Position numbers and translations under genes: made by a program. From Myxococcota bacterium (GTDB lineage: Bacteria > Myxococcota_C > UBA6777), in NCBI GenBank assembly GCA_023150835.1, contig JAKLKB010000008.1, positions 62,001 through 82,360 on the forward strand: DNA of 20,360 nucleotides, given 5' to 3'. Position 1 is the first letter of the stretch; every line of letters starts with the position of its first letter. The notes under the pieces were generated by a model. The model worked only from the letters and a program-made list of their open reading frames with translations, had not been told where the DNA came from and made no database searches. This document shows, in pieces, positions 17,902 through 20,360 of this stretch.

Positions 17902-19008
17902 TTACATATTGATACGATGATGTGGCAGCAACGGAGAAGCATAAAAACCATTCTCTTGAAATTCTCCGCTCTCTTCTCGCAAGAAAGTTTCTAAAGAGCG
18001 ATCCAGAATGAATGTCCCGGCCAGCTTTAGGTAATGACTTGGTCGTTTGCTCAGTGCTTTTTCGTGCGTTCCGAGCCATGTAAGACTTTGGGACAAAGAC
18101 CACTCATTCGATCCTGTCTTTGCGATCTCGTCTCGCAAGTGTGCTTTGATGCGTTCCTTTGAGGCTGGCGCGAGGTTGAGGCGAAACAACAGATCGTCCA
18201 CCAATTCCTTTTTGAGCGGGGTTTGGCGGCGTATCTCGACGTTTTGTTGGGTGTCTGCGATTCGAGCAAATCCCGACTCCACAAACGCCCAGATAAACGT
18301 ACTGATCGGTTGTTGGCGTGTATGTTTCCATTGAATCTCTTGCTCGCGCCCTCTCAAACCATTTGCGCAGATCAACACGTAGCGTTCAGCTTTGGCCTGA
18401 TAAGCGCTGTATCCATTGTTCAGGCCAAACAAGAAGTGGCTCTCTAATCCAACTTCCATTCGTTTCTTGGGAGAGCGAATAGAAAAGGATAGGCATGGGC
18501 GGCCAAAGTCGTCTCTGCCCCATGTTTGTTGTTCTGAGAAGATCTTCCCCAACCGCGCATCCGATCGGATGGCCTGCTGGAGTTCTTCGTAAACCTGCCC
18601 TTGGTCGATCTTCACAAAATGCTCCGAAACCACGCCATAAATGCTCTCGCCGCTTTTCGTCGGAAGAATGCGCAAAATCGGTTGTTCTTGATACAACGCA
18701 TCCCTCAATTCTTCTTCCAGTTTTTTGGCATTGCTTCGATAGGCTGCATCCCATCGCTGTTTGCACTGCGCGTAGTTCGCGTTGGCATCTGCTCCCTTTG
18801 GTAGATTCGGCCACAGCCGATTCGCCAACTGATGCAGCAGCGGGCGATCCAAGGAACCTTGGTAGGTTTGACCTTTGATGCGTACGGTTACGCCATTCTT
18901 TTTTAGAAAAAACTCCGCGTCTCGGGTGAATGGCACATCCCGAATCTTTGCTTCGTTTTTGACTGTTTCTTTGATTTGCTGCGGGAGTTGAGTCTGATCG
19001 AGCGCCAT
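17902..19008 (-). CDS. DUF932-like (phage/plasmid-associated) protein of unknown function
   Basis: Motifs YGVVSEHFVKID, NGYSAY...RYVLICANGL...WKHT and NEWSLSQSLT..GTH follow the DUF932/TIGR03299 pattern (GVVS.xY, R.vC.NG, RH, W.l.nalT). AAGGAGG RBS upstream. Family assignment is from motif recall only. Confidence 0.65.
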   Translation of the reverse strand: MALDQTQLPQQIKETVKNEAKIRDVPFTRDAEFFLKKNGVTVRIKGQTYQGSLDRPLLHQLANRLWPNLPKGADANANYAQCKQRWDAAYRSNAKKLEEELRDALYQEQPILRILPTKSGESIYGVVSEHFVKIDQGQVYEELQQAIRSDARLGKIFSEQQTWGRDDFGRPCLSFSIRSPKKRMEVGLESHFLFGLNNGYSAYQAKAERYVLICANGLRGREQEIQWKHTRQQPISTFIWAFVESGFARIADTQQNVEIRRQTPLKKELVDDLLFRLNLAPASKERIKAHLRDEIAKTGSNEWSLSQSLTWLGTHEKALSKRPSHYLKLAGTFILDRSLETFLREESGEFQENGFYASPLLPHHRINM

Positions 19009-19441
19009 GGCGTCCTCCTTATGGTTTCTCTTGCTTGTCTTGGCTTCCCATTTTGTAAACGGAGAGAGCTTTTTGTTTCTGACAGAGATCCGACGGACGC
19101 TGTTGGATTTGTTTTATGGAGGAGTAGATACTCGTTGACAGAGAGCGAGAGGAGTAGACATGGGAAGGGTTCGCCGAGAAACTCAAATAGCTATAAGATA
19201 GCGCAAAAAAAGAGGGAGGCGGAAGAAGGCGAGGGGAAGAAAAAAGCTGCGAAGGAACGCAGACGGCGGAGCTATGGGAAAAAACAGGGATTTGGGGAGT
19301 TCGTTCGAGCCAACAAAAGAGAAGAAAGAGAAAAGGTACGGAAAAAGTCGAAGCGCTTGTAGGGGAGGCAGGGAAAAGAGAAGCCCCAAATCGTAAAGCC
19401 CCCAACAGCGGGGTTGTCAAATGATCTATTCGACAAGCCTC

Positions 19442-19866
19442 TCAATAAGGCTCTTGGAATGGGTCGATGACGTGAAGAGTCAGGCCATCAAAATCGGAAA
19501 CGTTACGTGTCGCTACTGCAAAATTGTTCGCTATCGCGATGGCGGCGATCTGGCCGTCAAATGCGCTCAATGGGCGTCCCATTTTTTTTCTAGAGCCATG
19601 ATTTGGCTGTAGGTATAGGCAGCAGCCTCATCAAAAACCAAAACACGCTGATCGAATCCATCCGTGACAAACGCAGCAAACCGTTCTTGTAGCGTGTATT
19701 TTCGATATCCATTCGGTAGGATTTCGAGTCCATAACCAATTTCGGCGAGTGTGATCGTTGTGAGATAGAGAGTTGAAAGCTCTTGACGATCCAACCAATC
19801 CAGTACACGCGTTGAAGGGGCAACCCTCATCGCTTCCGACACAACGTTGGTGTCTAAGACGATCAT
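19442..19866 (-). pseudogene. vapC: VapC/FitB PIN-domain toxin, frameshifted at or next to an A8 run
   Basis: MIVLDTNVVSE... stops at 19567 (99 aa). The -1 frame continues MGRPLSAFDGQIAAIAIANNFAVATRNVSDFDGLTLHVIDPFQEPY* to 19442, the canonical VapC C-terminus. A8 at 19582-19589. Confidence 0.9.
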
Positions 19867-20096
19867 CTTGAAAGATCCAAAGGTTGCGCTTGCTCGCGTT
19901 TTGGCGTGTCAAGCTCGATCCCGTGCTCGGTTCCAAACAGTCGCAGCGCGAGTTTCCCCAAACGTTCCGTCGGAGCCAAGGCTTGTTGCAATATCTCGCG
20001 AGCTTCTTCTTCGATCGACACGCCTCGTCGCGCAGCTCGATCTTTTAGCCGATCGACCGTTGTTGGATCAAGCTTTTGGATGTATAAATCGGTCAT
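19863..20096 (-). CDS. FitA-like ribbon-helix-helix antitoxin
   Basis: MTDLYIQKLDPTTVDRLKDRAARRGVSIEEEAREIL (77 aa) matches the FitA/plasmid-stability RHH pattern. Its stop overlaps the vapC start (ATGA). Confidence 0.88.
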   Translation of the reverse strand: MTDLYIQKLDPTTVDRLKDRAARRGVSIEEEAREILQQALAPTERLGKLALRLFGTEHGIELDTPKREQAQPLDLSR

Positions 20097-20360
20097 CGTT
20101 GTCTCTCTTCTTGCGTCACTTTCGGGTTGTTTTTTTGGCGAACAGTTCTGTTTCAATGCTAAGGGTTGAAAAAAAACCAGCGCGGAGAAGGAGAAGATCG
20201 GAGCGAAAAAGAGAGTCTCGATGCAAAAACAACAATGTTTCCAAGGGTGTCGAAAATGACATGGAGCCACGCAACCATCCGACTAAAAATAGAGGAGCAG
20301 CCCCATGTCGACGAACCATTCTAGCTATCTCACTTCTCTCGTCAACACTTTTTCTCACTT

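Noticed and set aside
18976..19420. 128-aa (+) and 133-aa (-) ORFs
   Set aside because: Low-complexity products of the purine/pyrimidine skew, with no recognisable domain.
20151..20171. TTTCAA-N9-TTGAAA inverted repeat resembling a CRISPR repeat end or a TA operator
   Set aside because: Single occurrence with only 6-bp arms; no repeat-spacer periodicity, and too weak to call an operator.

Overview
Bacterial window, possibly Myxococcota-like (inferred from the large Ser/Thr kinase-AAA-helical protein, tricorn protease and YhhN lysoplasmalogenase-like gene). Left part: a tricorn (S41) protease truncated by the window edge (+), a repeat-filled intergenic gap, a kinase-AAA ATPase (-) and a YhhN-like membrane protein (-). 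Centre: a complete type III-B CRISPR-Cas effector operon on the minus strand (cas10/cmr2-cmr3-cmr1-cmr4-cmr5-cmr6) facing a convergent cas6 on the plus strand. Cas10 is the short HD-less form with an intact GGDD cyclase motif. No cas1/cas2, canonical CRISPR array or recognisable CARF/SAVED effector is visible in the window. Upstream of cas10 on the same strand lie a DUF932-like gene and a FitA/VapC toxin-antitoxin pair whose toxin is frameshifted at or next to an A8 run. Non-coding features include a 3-unit, 38-nt repeat with 38-40-nt unique spacers (CRISPR-like geometry but REP-like sequence) and a ~110-nt dispersed element with three related copies, one inside the cmr operon.
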